Positions 37,424 through 48,671 are shown, counted from the first letter of the stretch. The stretch: DNA of 64,000 bases from Bacteroidales bacterium (GCA_038320545.1 JBBQEI010000006.1:28187-92186), one strand, 5' to 3'. The notes: generated by a model not told the origin, from the sequence alone. Numbers and translations are program-made.

Positions 37424-38317
37424 TTACCAAATATTAAAGTCTTCAGTATCGCCTTCTACAAATAGTTTAACTTTTTCGGAGCACGATTCACGGGTAAAAT
37501 CTACATAAGCTTTAATGGATCCTATACTCAAATCTAATTTACCTTTCTTAATACATAATTCTCCGATTTTATATTCCAGAGGAACTGATGTTGTTGAACT
37601 ATAACTGAAACCATTGCTGGTGGTACCATTTGCGGTTTCGTTAAAGGAATAAACATCGTCCCAGATATAAAGGAGACTGATAAGGTCGAATCCACTTTCC
37701 CAGGTTATGGTTCTTGTAAAAGACCGGGTCATGTAAAAACCACTATTCGTAAATGTCATTTTACCGTTTGCAAGTTCAGCCTTAACACTTGGTTTGGCGC
37801 TCACCAATCCCATGTTGGTAATGGTTACTTTACCTTCGAGTTTTATAGTATCGTTAACAGTATAGTTATCCAGCGAAACAGTACGGATAGCGCCCGATTC
37901 CCTCATCTTGGCACTTTGCGTTATTTTTACAGTTCCATTCTTTTTAATACCATTATTTGTTAAATAATTGTTGTAAACAACCGTGATAACTTTTGGGAAA
38001 TCAGTAGTGTTTCCGCTATTTGTAACAGTAATAACATATGTTCCCGTTAATGATGCGCTCTTTTTTGAAGAAGTTGCAGGATAATTATCATTTTCAAGAT
38101 TGGATACAATATCTTCACTTTGGGAATAAACATCGTTATAGGCTGCATTCGATACGGCATCTTTCTTGGCAACTGAAGTTGCATCCTGCTTGGTTGCGAC
38201 TTTTTCGTTATCATCTTTCTTACAGGACCACACTGCCATCATTCCGGCCAAAATAATCATTGAAAAAAAGAACAATTGTTTCTTTTTCATACTCCTACGT
38301 TTTAAATTAATTTTCAT
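37424..38317 (-). CDS. hypothetical lipoprotein
   Basis: 297 aa. Signal peptide plus lipobox (..MMAVWSC KKDD). The true start may be the ATG at 38290 (MKKKQLFFF). Beta-rich with no recognisable family. Confidence 0.6.
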   Translation of the reverse strand: MKINLKRRSMKKKQLFFFSMIILAGMMAVWSCKKDDNEKVATKQDATSVAKKDAVSNAAYNDVYSQSEDIVSNLENDNYPATSSKKSASLTGTYVITVTNSGNTTDFPKVITVVYNNYLTNNGIKKNGTVKITQSAKMRESGAIRTVSLDNYTVNDTIKLEGKVTITNMGLVSAKPSVKAELANGKMTFTNSGFYMTRSFTRTITWESGFDLISLLYIWDDVYSFNETANGTTSNGFSYSSTTSVPLEYKIGELCIKKGKLDLSIGSIKAYVDFTRESCSEKVKLFVEGDTEDFNIW

Positions 38318-38412
38318 TTTTGTTTAATTTTAATTTTTATTTATACTCTATTTTATATTTTAGGTTTTTTTCTTTAAAATAAACTGTCATTATTAAGGTA
38401 CAAAAGTTTATA

Positions 38413-38420
38413 TATATTTG
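38413..38420 (+). promoter_or_regulatory. -7 promoter motif TATATTTG
   Basis: TAnnTTTG match 26 nt before ATG 38446. Confidence 0.45.
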
Positions 38421-38445
38421 CGCCCTTATCAGATTCGATGGGCAA

Positions 38446-39375
38446 ATGAAAAAATTTCTTGTGTATGTGGGCGTTGTAGTGGCTATGATTTTTTGGAGCC
38501 TCTCTTTTATTTGGTATAAGGATATATATAAGTTTTTATCTCCGTTTACTACTATATTGTTTCGCTTAACGATTTCAGGACTCATATTGTTTTTTATTTC
38601 TTTCATTACCCGGCAACTTCAGCCTGTAAAAAAGAAAGATTTAAAACTTTTCTTTCTGCTTGCTTTGTCCGAACCATTTTTATATTTTATTGGCGAGAGT
38701 CTGGGAATTCAATACGTTACTCCAACTGTTGCGGCTGTAATGGTATCCCTTATCCCGCTTTTTGTTCCAATTTTTGCATTCTTTATTTTAAAAGAACAGA
38801 TAATTAAAAAAAATATTGTAGGCATTATTATTTCATTTGCGGGTGTACTGTTGGTGATTTTAAATAAGGATCTGCAAATAATTGCTTCAACAAAAGGGAT
38901 TATGCTTATGAGTGTGGCTGTTGTGGGTGCGGTAGCCTATTCAATTTTCCTCCGAAAACTGGCTAGAGAATATAATCCAATCACCCTGATTGCATGGCAA
39001 AATTCTATTGGGGCAGTCTTGTTTCTTCCTCTTGTTTTAATATTCGAGCATAACGAACTCTCTACCATTAATTTTTCCAGTGCTATGTGGATTCCATTAT
39101 TAAACTTGAGTGTATTTGCATCGTCCATAGCATTTCTGTTATATACTTATGGTGTTCAAACACTGGGGGCTTTCAGGGCTAATATATTCACCAATATTAT
39201 TCCGGTATTTACGGCAGTTTTTTCATTTTTTATGATGAATGAAAGGCTATTACTTCAGAATATTATAGGGATTATTTTAGTTGTGGCGGGATTGGTGCTC
39301 TCTCAGTTAAAACCCATGAAAGTTATGCGAAAAAGAAAAGTTATAACTTATGAAAGTGAAGTTTCCGGTACCTGA
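38446..39375 (+). CDS. DMT superfamily (EamA-like) transporter
   Basis: 309 aa, ten hydrophobic helices in two EamA repeats. Confidence 0.8.
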   Translation: MKKFLVYVGVVVAMIFWSLSFIWYKDIYKFLSPFTTILFRLTISGLILFFISFITRQLQPVKKKDLKLFFLLALSEPFLYFIGESLGIQYVTPTVAAVMVSLIPLFVPIFAFFILKEQIIKKNIVGIIISFAGVLLVILNKDLQIIASTKGIMLMSVAVVGAVAYSIFLRKLAREYNPITLIAWQNSIGAVLFLPLVLIFEHNELSTINFSSAMWIPLLNLSVFASSIAFLLYTYGVQTLGAFRANIFTNIIPVFTAVFSFFMMNERLLLQNIIGIILVVAGLVLSQLKPMKVMRKRKVITYESEVSGT

Positions 39376-39394
39376 TCCTGCATGTTTAAGAGTA

Positions 39395-39862
39395 ATGGCT
39401 GAAAAAGTAATGCCATTGAACCGGCAGTTATTCAAAAAATGGAAAAAGAAACCTCCACGGCAACTCGACGAAGTTGTTAAATCAATTCACGGGGAAGTTT
39501 TTGAAGAGCTCGACTGCCTCCATTGTGCAAATTGCTGTAAAAGTATAAGTCCTGCTTTATATTTTAAAGATATAGAAAGAATGGCTTCGGTTTTGCGCAT
39601 AAAACCATCGGAGTTTATGGACAAGTACATAAAAATGGACGAGGATAGCGATTATGTGTTTCGCCAAACTCCATGTCCGTTTTTAATGAGCGACAACTAC
39701 TGTCAGGTTTACGAAAGCCGTCCGAAAGCCTGCCGTGAATATCCGCATACCGACCGCACCCGGTTTTACCAGATTCTGGATTTAACATTGAAAAATACTA
39801 CAGTTTGTCCGGCAGCATATTATGTGGTAGAAAAATTACGGGAAAAGGCTTCAGATTTATAG
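39395..39862 (+). CDS. YkgJ-family cysteine-cluster protein (UPF0153)
   Basis: CLHCANCCK (CxxCxxCC) plus a distal CPFL...C...C cluster. The ORF-track start 39350 overlaps the upstream gene by 26 nt. ATG 39395 is preferred, but either is possible. Confidence 0.7.
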   Translation: MAEKVMPLNRQLFKKWKKKPPRQLDEVVKSIHGEVFEELDCLHCANCCKSISPALYFKDIERMASVLRIKPSEFMDKYIKMDEDSDYVFRQTPCPFLMSDNYCQVYESRPKACREYPHTDRTRFYQILDLTLKNTTVCPAAYYVVEKLREKASDL

Positions 39863-40016
39863 TTGATATAAAGATTTATATTACATTAGTTGATCTAATA
39901 ATTTAATAAATGAATGTAAAGCTTTACTACAGCATCATTGGATCGATTGCTGTGTATCCATATGTTAACGGACAGCAGGCCGAAAATCAAGTCGTATATT
40001 ATCCGAAAGTAAGAAT

Positions 40017-41273
40017 ATGAATCTTTTCTTGAATAGGCCTGTCGCTTTCAGTGCTATGGTAAAGCCTACCGGACCTTTATGCAACCTGAACTGTACCTAT
40101 TGTTATTATCTCGAAAAGCAAAAACTTTTTCAGCATGCTACCAACTTTCGCATGGAAGATGACATTCTTGAGAATTTCATTAAAGATTATATTCAATCGC
40201 AGCAGGTTCCGGTTGTTAGTTTTATATGGCAGGGAGGAGAACCTTGTCTTCTAGGGATTGATTATTTTAGAAAGATTGTAAAGCTCCAGGATAAATATGC
40301 CGGGGAAAAGAAAATAGAAAACTCCATACAAACAAATGGTACCCGGCTTAATGATGAGTGGTGCCAGTTTTTTAAATATTACAATTTTTTAGTGGGCATT
40401 TCAATCGATGGGCCGGAAGAAATCCATAATAAATTCAGGATCTATAAAAACGGTGAAAATACTTTTACCGATGTAATGCACGGTATTGAATTATTGAAGA
40501 AACATAATGTCGATTTCAATACGCTAACGGTTGTAAATCGATATAATTCAAGGTATCCTCTTGAGATCTATAATTTTTTAAAGTTGATTGGCAGTGGCTT
40601 TATTCAATTTTTGCCGGTAGTTGAAAGATGTTCGGATATTAACGGCTCCGGGTTGCGACTGGTAAATGACTCATATAAAGGAGAAGCAAATGTAACGGAA
40701 TGGTCGGTTTTGCCCGAAGATTACGGTAGTTTTTTAATTACAATATTCAACCAATGGGTTCAAATAGATGTAGGAAAAATATTTGTTCAGATGTTTGATG
40801 TTACATTGGCCAACTGGGTTGGAGTGAATCCCGGTTTGTGTGTGTTTGGTGAAACATGCGGAAATGCTATTGCCATAGAACATAATGGGGATGTTTTTGC
40901 GTGCGATCATTATGTTTATCCGGAGTATTATCTGGGGAACATTTCAAAAACTTCACTCATTGATATGCTTAGCAGTGATAAACAGTTTGAGTTTGGCAAT
41001 CATAAACTTACTTCTCTTCCCCCTGAATGTTTAAATTGCGATTATCGGTTTGCCTGTCATGGTGAATGCCCGAAACATCGTTTTGAAAAATCGGAAAATG
41101 GAGAACCAGGACTAAACTATTTATGCAAAGCTTATAAAATGTTTTTTTCTTACGTACATCCGTTTATGCAATATATGGGTGACGAGTTGGCTGCCCATCG
41201 TCCACCAGCTAACATTTGCTTATGGATCCGGTCTTTGGATGTAAAAAGCAGAAATAAGCTCTTCACAAAATGA
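40017..41273 (+). CDS. anaerobic sulfatase-maturating enzyme (radical SAM / SPASM)
   Basis: 418 aa. CNLNCTYCYY radical-SAM cluster and C-terminal SPASM Cys clusters (CLNCDYRFACHGECPKH). Confidence 0.85.
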   Translation: MNLFLNRPVAFSAMVKPTGPLCNLNCTYCYYLEKQKLFQHATNFRMEDDILENFIKDYIQSQQVPVVSFIWQGGEPCLLGIDYFRKIVKLQDKYAGEKKIENSIQTNGTRLNDEWCQFFKYYNFLVGISIDGPEEIHNKFRIYKNGENTFTDVMHGIELLKKHNVDFNTLTVVNRYNSRYPLEIYNFLKLIGSGFIQFLPVVERCSDINGSGLRLVNDSYKGEANVTEWSVLPEDYGSFLITIFNQWVQIDVGKIFVQMFDVTLANWVGVNPGLCVFGETCGNAIAIEHNGDVFACDHYVYPEYYLGNISKTSLIDMLSSDKQFEFGNHKLTSLPPECLNCDYRFACHGECPKHRFEKSENGEPGLNYLCKAYKMFFSYVHPFMQYMGDELAAHRPPANICLWIRSLDVKSRNKLFTK

Positions 41274-41295
41274 CTTTGGTTAAAAGTTTAAGTTT

Positions 41296-42984
41296 TTAAC
41301 TTTTCTTTCTAAATTCTACATTTTTAACCCTACCAAAGTCCATAATCCGGAAACCATTGATATTATGGTTGGAATTTCTGGTAAATTCAACAAATCCAAG
41401 CTCTTCAGTATAAAATTTATCTTTTTCGATATAATCCAACGGGATTTCCCTATCCATTCCAAAATAAGTATGAAATGTTTTAGGAATCACCATAAATAAA
41501 TCCTTGCCTTTTATGATAATGGGATAAGTTACATCCAGGGGATCGTTGAAATAATTCCCAGCAAATTTTTTTAAAGCTTCGTTTGAAAGATTGGATACGT
41601 TTTCCATTCTTCGACCTTTAGGTTTACTGTCATTTTGTTGCCAGGTAATTTCTTCACATTTACCATCGCTCCCAATTTCAAAACTACATTGAGCATCGAA
41701 TTCCTGAACAAAAAATTCAGTTTCACTTTCGGCACGCATTATGTATTTGCGTTCACCCGGAGTAACAAATAAAAGGGTATCATTATTTAATTCGAAATTG
41801 AATTTCCGGCCGTCAGGCATTCTATAGCAACCAGCATAGTTTTTTAAAACAACTTCCGAAATCCTGATTTCTTTTCTTTCTTTTGACTTTTTCTGTATGT
41901 GCCTGTTATTTAAGTATAAATCAGTTATTTCAGTAGCAAGGTTCCAGTTGTCAATACTTTCGTTATTGCACATGGTAACTATTGCCAGGTTATCATCGGG
42001 GAAAAACATAATCTCTGATCTGAAACCCATAGCATATCCGCCATGATTAGCCAGTTTAAGCCCTTTGTATTTTTTGAGATTTAATCCATAAGAATAATAA
42101 AGTGTATCTCCATCGTTTGTTGTATGTGTTGGCTTAAACAAACAGGAAATCATTTCTTTATCACCTACTTTAGGATTTAAAAGGTTTTGCATCCAAAGGG
42201 TTATATCGTTTAAACTGGTGTATAAGTTTGTCGAACCATAAACCGATTCTCCGTCAGTATTCATTTTAATATAAGCGGTGTTTTCTTTTTTGTATCCATT
42301 TGCTTTTCCATAAAATACCTTTCCGGGCTTGTCGTAAATAAACGATTCCTTCATTCCAAGGGGTTTGAAAACGTTTTCGGTTATGTAGCCGGAGAAACTT
42401 TTCCCACTAACTTTTTCAATAATTTTGGCTAATAGAAAATATCCGGAATTAGAATAATTTCCTTCGTTGTTAGGAATATAGTTGAGTTGGTGGTAACGGG
42501 AAATTATTTCCAGTTCATCATCTGCATCCCAGGGAGCTTCAAAAGCTATTCCGGCAAAAAGCCTTAGATTATCTGATGAAGCTATTCCGCTTGTATGATG
42601 AATAAGTTGACGGATTGTAACCTTGTATTTATATACGGGAAGGTTTGGAAGATAATTATGGATATCATCATCGAGTTTGAGTTTGCCTTCTCTTTCGAGC
42701 AATAAAATACAAAAGGCAGTAAAGTGTTTTGAAACTGAAGCGAGATTGAATAATGTATGCGACGTATTTGGTAATTCATACTCCATACTCATCCTACCAA
42801 AGGGTTTCTGATAGATTACATTCTGACCCGATACAATTGCAATAGCTCCGCCTGGTTTATCTGAAGTGAATGATTTATTTACGAACGAATCTATTTTCTG
42901 GATTAGAAAAGTTCGGTCGGGTAGTTGAGCAGATACGGTATATATAGAAATAAAGAAAAAAAGTGATATTGAAAATTTTTTCAT
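41296..42984 (-). CDS. serine hydrolase (beta-lactamase/PBP4-like family), secreted
   Basis: Start moved to ATG 42984 (MKKFSISLFFFISIYTVSAQ signal peptide). SxxK motif ASVSKHF. Confidence 0.85.
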   Translation of the reverse strand: MKKFSISLFFFISIYTVSAQLPDRTFLIQKIDSFVNKSFTSDKPGGAIAIVSGQNVIYQKPFGRMSMEYELPNTSHTLFNLASVSKHFTAFCILLLEREGKLKLDDDIHNYLPNLPVYKYKVTIRQLIHHTSGIASSDNLRLFAGIAFEAPWDADDELEIISRYHQLNYIPNNEGNYSNSGYFLLAKIIEKVSGKSFSGYITENVFKPLGMKESFIYDKPGKVFYGKANGYKKENTAYIKMNTDGESVYGSTNLYTSLNDITLWMQNLLNPKVGDKEMISCLFKPTHTTNDGDTLYYSYGLNLKKYKGLKLANHGGYAMGFRSEIMFFPDDNLAIVTMCNNESIDNWNLATEITDLYLNNRHIQKKSKERKEIRISEVVLKNYAGCYRMPDGRKFNFELNNDTLLFVTPGERKYIMRAESETEFFVQEFDAQCSFEIGSDGKCEEITWQQNDSKPKGRRMENVSNLSNEALKKFAGNYFNDPLDVTYPIIIKGKDLFMVIPKTFHTYFGMDREIPLDYIEKDKFYTEELGFVEFTRNSNHNINGFRIMDFGRVKNVEFRKKS

Positions 42985-43472
42985 AATCGATAAAGTCTTG
43001 TGTTGATCTACAATTAAAAATTTATAAATCAAGCTTTCCTATAAATAGTCAAGGTTTGTTGAGAAATCATTTATCTTTCAGTAGCACAAAAATTTGCACT
43101 TTCTGTAAAGGAGCATAGAGGTTAAAAATACAATTTTCAGCAGTCCCCAAAAACCAACAGCACCAAGCAATACATAAATTTTCTCAATGCATTCCGATAC
43201 GCAAATATTTTAAAAAAGTTGAGATATTTTTCTCTTTTTTCAAGAAAAATCATCTAACGGCTATAGTTTATATTCAGTTTAATTAAATAGATGGGAATTC
43301 TGGATTTTTTTCAATCTAGCATTGACATGCGAGGCTCCCCATTTAATTTTTAGAATGCCCTCAATTCGCATTCATAATATAAGGTAATAAGGTTGGTATT
43401 CAAAGTAAACGCAATGTTACTAAGGTTTATGAAAGAAATAAGGTTTTTAATTAATTGATTAAGAGAAAGCTT

Positions 43473-46292
43473 TCATCTTGGTATTGTAGCTTTATCCACC
43501 AGATAAAATATTGATTTATAAGATATACCTCCATGCAGGGTTAAGCCTATTTCGCATGTTCTACTGGTACTGTAACCAGCTTTAATATTTGTCTCTAATT
43601 CTTCGGGCAAATATTTCAAGGCACTTTTATTAAGTTCCGGTAAATTAAACCCTTTATCGCCAGCCCAGCCGCAACATTCAGTTTTATTGGGTTTTGATAC
43701 TTTTTCGGCACACATTTCGGCCAGTTTATATAGTTGTTCATCCAAACCCATTTTGGTATTGCTGCATGTGCTATGTATTGCTACTGCAATGGGAAGTTTA
43801 TTGAAAATAAGCTCTTTGGTCAGAAAGGTTAGGGTGAACTCTACGGGTTCGAAGAGTTGAATTCTTTTGTCCATTAAACTTTTCATACGATAGAGACATG
43901 GGCTCATTTCGCACAATACCGGAAATTTACCATCCCGGGAAGCTACCAGCAAGGCTTTTTCAAGTTCTTTTAGTTTGGACAATCCCTGTATTTTAAATCC
44001 TTTACTGTCAAAAGCCATTCCGCAGCAAAGACTATTAAGATTTTCGGGATAAATGATATTGTATCCTGCTTTTTGCAGTAGTTGTTCTGTTTTTTTAACA
44101 ACAGCTACATCATCATAATCCTTAGATGTTCCAAACATGCGGTTAATACATGCCGGGAAATAAACTACCGAAGGTTGTGAGTAATTTGCAGTTGTTTTTA
44201 AGTTTATTTTAGGTGCTTGTTTGGGCATAAATTCGTTCCACAAAGGAATTGCCCGGCCGGAAACCTTATGTAATGCTTTTGCTATAGTTTTGATTATTCC
44301 GGTGGGAAAAATACTTTGAGCGAAATTAACAAATCGTAAGATTATTCTTACAAATGAAACTACCGCGCCAAAATGACTGGCAACAAAGGTAGCAATGAAT
44401 GATGAAAACTTCCCTTTTTGTTCAAATCGAAGCTCTTTCATCAGGGTTCCTGTATTTATACCAACGGGACAATCAACAGCACATAGTCCATCAGTGGCAC
44501 ACGATTCTATTCCGTGATAATTGTAATCGGACGAAAGTTCTTTTAACTTTTTCCCTGAGCCTGTTTTCAACAATCGCGTCATTTCGCGATAAACAACAAT
44601 TCTCTGTCGAGGGGTTAAGGTAATTTCTTTGGATGGGCAATGGCTTTCACAAAAACCACACTCAATACAGTCGTCTATTATTTGATTTACCTGCTGAAAT
44701 GGTTTGATATTTTTGGCATATATCTCTGAATCATCATTAATAAGAACACCAGGATTCAGAATGTTTTCAGGATCAAATGCTTGCTTTATTTGCTTCATCA
44801 ATCCATAAATTTCTTCTCCCCACTCGAACTCTACAAAGGCAGCCATATTGCGACCAGTACCATGCTCTGCTTTAAGACTTCCATTAAAATCTTCAACAAC
44901 CAGCACTGATAACTGATGCATAAAGTGCTTGTAATTTTCTAATTGCCTAGCTTGACCAAAATCAGGCGAAATTAAAAAATGGACATTTCCATCGAGTAAG
45001 TGGCCCCATATAACTGTATTCTCATATGTATGGTTGATTAATAACTCCTGAAGTGCACTGATGGCATCGCCCAGCAGCTCGCCGGAAAAGGCTACATCTT
45101 CGATAATACAAGCAGTCCCTTTTGGCCGGGCTGCGGCGGCGGAGGTAAATAAGCCCTTTCTGACTTTCCATATTGCTGCAAATTCTTTTTTATCGCGGGT
45201 AAACGAAATGGGAAATAAGGTAGGTATATGTTTTAATTTATTCCTTATTTCGAGAATTTGATTTATCAGATCATTTTCTTCTCCGGCAGATGTTTCGATA
45301 AGCAATGCTGCAGCATTATTGGCCAAATGCTTAATAAGCTCCGGCATTCCTGCATTGTTTTCGACTGACCGTAAGGCGTTGCGATCCATTAACTCGGCTG
45401 CACTTACTTTACATTCCCTGAGTGGCAATATAGCCTTAGTGGCAGTGCGGATATCGGGAAAGAAAAGCAATGAACAAGCTTTTAGCGGATTGTCTTCCAC
45501 TGTGTCGAAGGTCACTTCTGAAAGGAGACCTAATGTACCTTCGGAACCAATCATCAGGTGGGAAATTATATCAATAGGATCCTCGTAATCGAGAAACGAA
45601 TTCATACCATAACCACAAGTATTTTTAAGTTTGTATTTTGACCTGATTTTCTTTGCTACTTCAATGTTCCCTAAAATATATTCACGTATGGCTTGAATTT
45701 TTGAAATAAGGGATTTATGTGTAATTTTAAATTCCTTGCGGCTTTCGTGGCTTGATGTATTAAGAATGGAGCCATCGGCAAATACAATTCTCATTCCACT
45801 CACAGTATTATAGCTGTTGGTTGCAATACCATAGCTTGCTCCACTGGCGTTATTGGCTACAATTCCCCCTATTTTTGCCGAATTGATTGAGGCTGGACTG
45901 GGTCCGATTTTTCGTCCATATTTGGATAATAGCGCATTGGCATATCCTCCTCTTACTCCTGGCTGAAAAGAGGCAGATTGACCATTATTGGTAATGTGGT
46001 GTTTTGAAAATCCGGGACCTAATTCCACCAGTACCGAATCGGTTATGGTTTGTCCGCTAAGGCTTGTTCCTCCGGCTCTGATAGTAAGGGGTATAAAAGT
46101 TTCGCTGCATAATTTCACAATTAACTGCAGCTCTTCCTCATCATTTACCTGCACTACCATTTCAGGTACCAACCGGTAAAAACTGGCATCGGTACCTTTG
46201 GCAAGCCGATATATAGCTGAGGTAAATACAGGAGACTTAAAGCTCTCTTGTTTAAGTTTATAATATAAATGTTTGATTTTTTTTGATTCCAT
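43473..46292 (-). CDS. FAD-binding and (Fe-S)-binding oxidoreductase (fused D-lactate/glycolate-oxidase-like + CCG domains, YdiJ-like)
   Basis: 939 aa. N-terminal FAD/PCMH domain (RAGGTSLSGQ). Ferredoxin-type CIECGFCESHCP and CATDGLCAVDCP. C-terminal CCG repeats (LCCGMAF, ECCGWAGD). Confidence 0.85.
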   Translation of the reverse strand: MESKKIKHLYYKLKQESFKSPVFTSAIYRLAKGTDASFYRLVPEMVVQVNDEEELQLIVKLCSETFIPLTIRAGGTSLSGQTITDSVLVELGPGFSKHHITNNGQSASFQPGVRGGYANALLSKYGRKIGPSPASINSAKIGGIVANNASGASYGIATNSYNTVSGMRIVFADGSILNTSSHESRKEFKITHKSLISKIQAIREYILGNIEVAKKIRSKYKLKNTCGYGMNSFLDYEDPIDIISHLMIGSEGTLGLLSEVTFDTVEDNPLKACSLLFFPDIRTATKAILPLRECKVSAAELMDRNALRSVENNAGMPELIKHLANNAAALLIETSAGEENDLINQILEIRNKLKHIPTLFPISFTRDKKEFAAIWKVRKGLFTSAAAARPKGTACIIEDVAFSGELLGDAISALQELLINHTYENTVIWGHLLDGNVHFLISPDFGQARQLENYKHFMHQLSVLVVEDFNGSLKAEHGTGRNMAAFVEFEWGEEIYGLMKQIKQAFDPENILNPGVLINDDSEIYAKNIKPFQQVNQIIDDCIECGFCESHCPSKEITLTPRQRIVVYREMTRLLKTGSGKKLKELSSDYNYHGIESCATDGLCAVDCPVGINTGTLMKELRFEQKGKFSSFIATFVASHFGAVVSFVRIILRFVNFAQSIFPTGIIKTIAKALHKVSGRAIPLWNEFMPKQAPKINLKTTANYSQPSVVYFPACINRMFGTSKDYDDVAVVKKTEQLLQKAGYNIIYPENLNSLCCGMAFDSKGFKIQGLSKLKELEKALLVASRDGKFPVLCEMSPCLYRMKSLMDKRIQLFEPVEFTLTFLTKELIFNKLPIAVAIHSTCSNTKMGLDEQLYKLAEMCAEKVSKPNKTECCGWAGDKGFNLPELNKSALKYLPEELETNIKAGYSTSRTCEIGLTLHGGISYKSIFYLVDKATIPR

Positions 46293-46507
46293 TTTAAGTT
46301 ATAAGCTTAGCTACTGAGATACAAAGATGCTAATTCTTTTTCCATTAAACCCATTCTTTTCAACTACATATTAATGAGTATTTTGTCATTACCAACTGTA
46401 AAACTTATCTTTGAATATTCTTAGATTAAAATAGGACATCGAACGTTGTATTTATGTTATAAATTTATTCTTTCCTTAATTATAAAGCATTTTAACCTGG
46501 TTCTTCT

Positions 46508-47734
46508 ATGAAATTATTTTTTTCGATAACCTTTTTATTTTTTTGCCTAACTGTTTTACAAGCACAGGTTAGAACAGGTTTACAAATTATAAATGAACAC
46601 AATTTTAAAGATATTGAAAATAAAAGAATAGGATTAATAACCAATCCGACGGGAGTAGATAAGGAATTACGATCGAATGTCGACATTTTTTTTCAGAATA
46701 AAAATATCAAACTTGTAGCATTGTTTAGCCCTGAACATGGTGTGAGAGGAGATTTTTTGGCTGGTGAATATGTAGCTTCTTATACTGATGCAAAAACAAA
46801 TCTTCCAGTTTATAGTATTTATGGTCCTAACCGAAAACCTTCATCTGAAATGCTAAAAGGTATTGATATGCTTGTTTATGATATACAAGATATAGGATCG
46901 AGGTCGTACACTTACATCAGCACCTTAGGGCTTGCAATGGAAGCTGCTGCCGAAAATAATATAGAATTTATGGTACTCGACCGCCCCAATCCGCTTGGAG
47001 GTCTGAAGATGGAAGGTCCATTGGCAGAGCCAGGCTTTTTTTCGTTTGTGAGTCTATATCCTATTCCTTATATACATGGGTTAACGGTTGGAGAACTTGC
47101 TATCTTTTTAAATGAAGAAGGAATGCTTTCCGGAAAGAAGAAATGTAAGTTGAAGGTTATTCCTATGAAAGGTTGGAAACGTTCCATGAATTTTGAAGAA
47201 ACAGGATTACCGTGGGTTCCATCGTCCCCGCATATTCCGCATCCTCACACACCATACTTTTATCCTGCAACAGGGATATTAGGCGAATTGTATGTTATGA
47301 ACATTGGTGTTGGATATACATTACCGTTTCAACTGGTTGCTGCTCCCTGGATAAATGCAGACAGCCTAACTGACAATTTAAATGCTTTGAATATTCCGGG
47401 TTTATTATTTCGGACGGTTCATTACAAACCTTTTTACAGCACTTCAAAAGGAGAGATGGTACATGGAGTGCAAATTCACATTACTGATTATAAAAAGGCG
47501 CCACTTTCGCTTATCCAGTTTTACATTTTACAGGAGAGTCATAAACTTTGGCCTTCAAAAAATGTATTTGAATTGTGCGACTCAACCAGGCTAAGCATGT
47601 TCGATAAAGTATGTGGTACTGATAAGGTGAGAATGGAATTTTCTAAGAGCTTTCAGGTAAATTCAATAATAGGTATCTGGAACAATGGTATCGAAGCATA
47701 TAAAAAGAGGGTTGAAAAGCATTTATTATATTAG
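46508..47734 (+). CDS. namZ: DUF1343 family protein (exo-beta-N-acetylmuramidase NamZ-like)
   Basis: 408 aa with a signal peptide. RIGLITNPTGVD, FSPEHG and DIQDIGSRSYTYIST blocks characteristic of DUF1343. Confidence 0.75.
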   Translation: MKLFFSITFLFFCLTVLQAQVRTGLQIINEHNFKDIENKRIGLITNPTGVDKELRSNVDIFFQNKNIKLVALFSPEHGVRGDFLAGEYVASYTDAKTNLPVYSIYGPNRKPSSEMLKGIDMLVYDIQDIGSRSYTYISTLGLAMEAAAENNIEFMVLDRPNPLGGLKMEGPLAEPGFFSFVSLYPIPYIHGLTVGELAIFLNEEGMLSGKKKCKLKVIPMKGWKRSMNFEETGLPWVPSSPHIPHPHTPYFYPATGILGELYVMNIGVGYTLPFQLVAAPWINADSLTDNLNALNIPGLLFRTVHYKPFYSTSKGEMVHGVQIHITDYKKAPLSLIQFYILQESHKLWPSKNVFELCDSTRLSMFDKVCGTDKVRMEFSKSFQVNSIIGIWNNGIEAYKKRVEKHLLY

Positions 47735-47735
47735 T

Positions 47736-48671
47736 CTAATTTTTCTGATGTGGTATCAACACTTTCAACCCCAAAGGTTCAATTTTTATTTTAATTTTTT
47801 TACCCATCATAGCAGGTTCGCCGTCTAAATGCACGTCACCTTTCTTTTTGCGGGTTATACTTATTTTTTTGCCTTTTATCACTTCAACATACTCACTTTT
47901 ATCTATTGTGCGCTTAAAAAGTCGTAATCCCAAGCCAAAAGCTTTCATTTTCGGGAAAGGGGAGAGAATACATACGTCAAGCAATCCATCGCGTATATCG
48001 GCCGAAGGAGAAATATAAACATCGTTCCCATATTGTCCGGCATTGGCAACAGTAACCATAAATGCCTGGCTTTTTAATTTTTGACCATCTATTTTAATTT
48101 TATATTTTTTGGGCTGATAATGGAAAAAAGCATAGATGGTTTCCTTTACATATGTATAAAACCCTCTTGTCTTGCTCTGCGCAAACTTATTGCCAATGTG
48201 GGCATCGAAACCCACACCGCAGGTACAGAAGAATGGTTGATCGTTTATTGTACCATAGTCGATTGACGACTCTGAATAATTATTCAGCATGGCAATGGCA
48301 TCAAATGTTTTAAGAGGAATGCCAAGATAACGTGCAAGACCATTGCCCGATCCTCCCGGGATAATCCCCAGAGCTGCTTTACTTTTTATTAACACTTTAG
48401 CAACTTCATTTACAGTACCATCGCCACCCACGGCTATTACTTTTGTAATACCATTGCTAAGACATTTTTCTGCAAGACTTGTGGCATGTCCTGCTTCGCG
48501 GGTAAAATAGAAAATAGGTTCATATTTTTTTAGATTTAAAGCCTCTAATGCCAAATCAGGAATATTTTTTTTACTTGTTGTACCCGATTTTGGATTGATG
48601 ATAAATGCTATTTTTTCTTTTTCTGCCACAGTATTAAATTTAAGTTGTGCTAAATTAATTATTTCAAACAA
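47736..48671 (-). CDS. diacylglycerol/lipid kinase family protein (YegS-like)
   Basis: 311 aa. AVGGDGTVNEV and PGGSGNGLAR motifs. Confidence 0.85.
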   Translation of the reverse strand: MFEIINLAQLKFNTVAEKEKIAFIINPKSGTTSKKNIPDLALEALNLKKYEPIFYFTREAGHATSLAEKCLSNGITKVIAVGGDGTVNEVAKVLIKSKAALGIIPGGSGNGLARYLGIPLKTFDAIAMLNNYSESSIDYGTINDQPFFCTCGVGFDAHIGNKFAQSKTRGFYTYVKETIYAFFHYQPKKYKIKIDGQKLKSQAFMVTVANAGQYGNDVYISPSADIRDGLLDVCILSPFPKMKAFGLGLRLFKRTIDKSEYVEVIKGKKISITRKKKGDVHLDGEPAMMGKKIKIKIEPLGLKVLIPHQKN

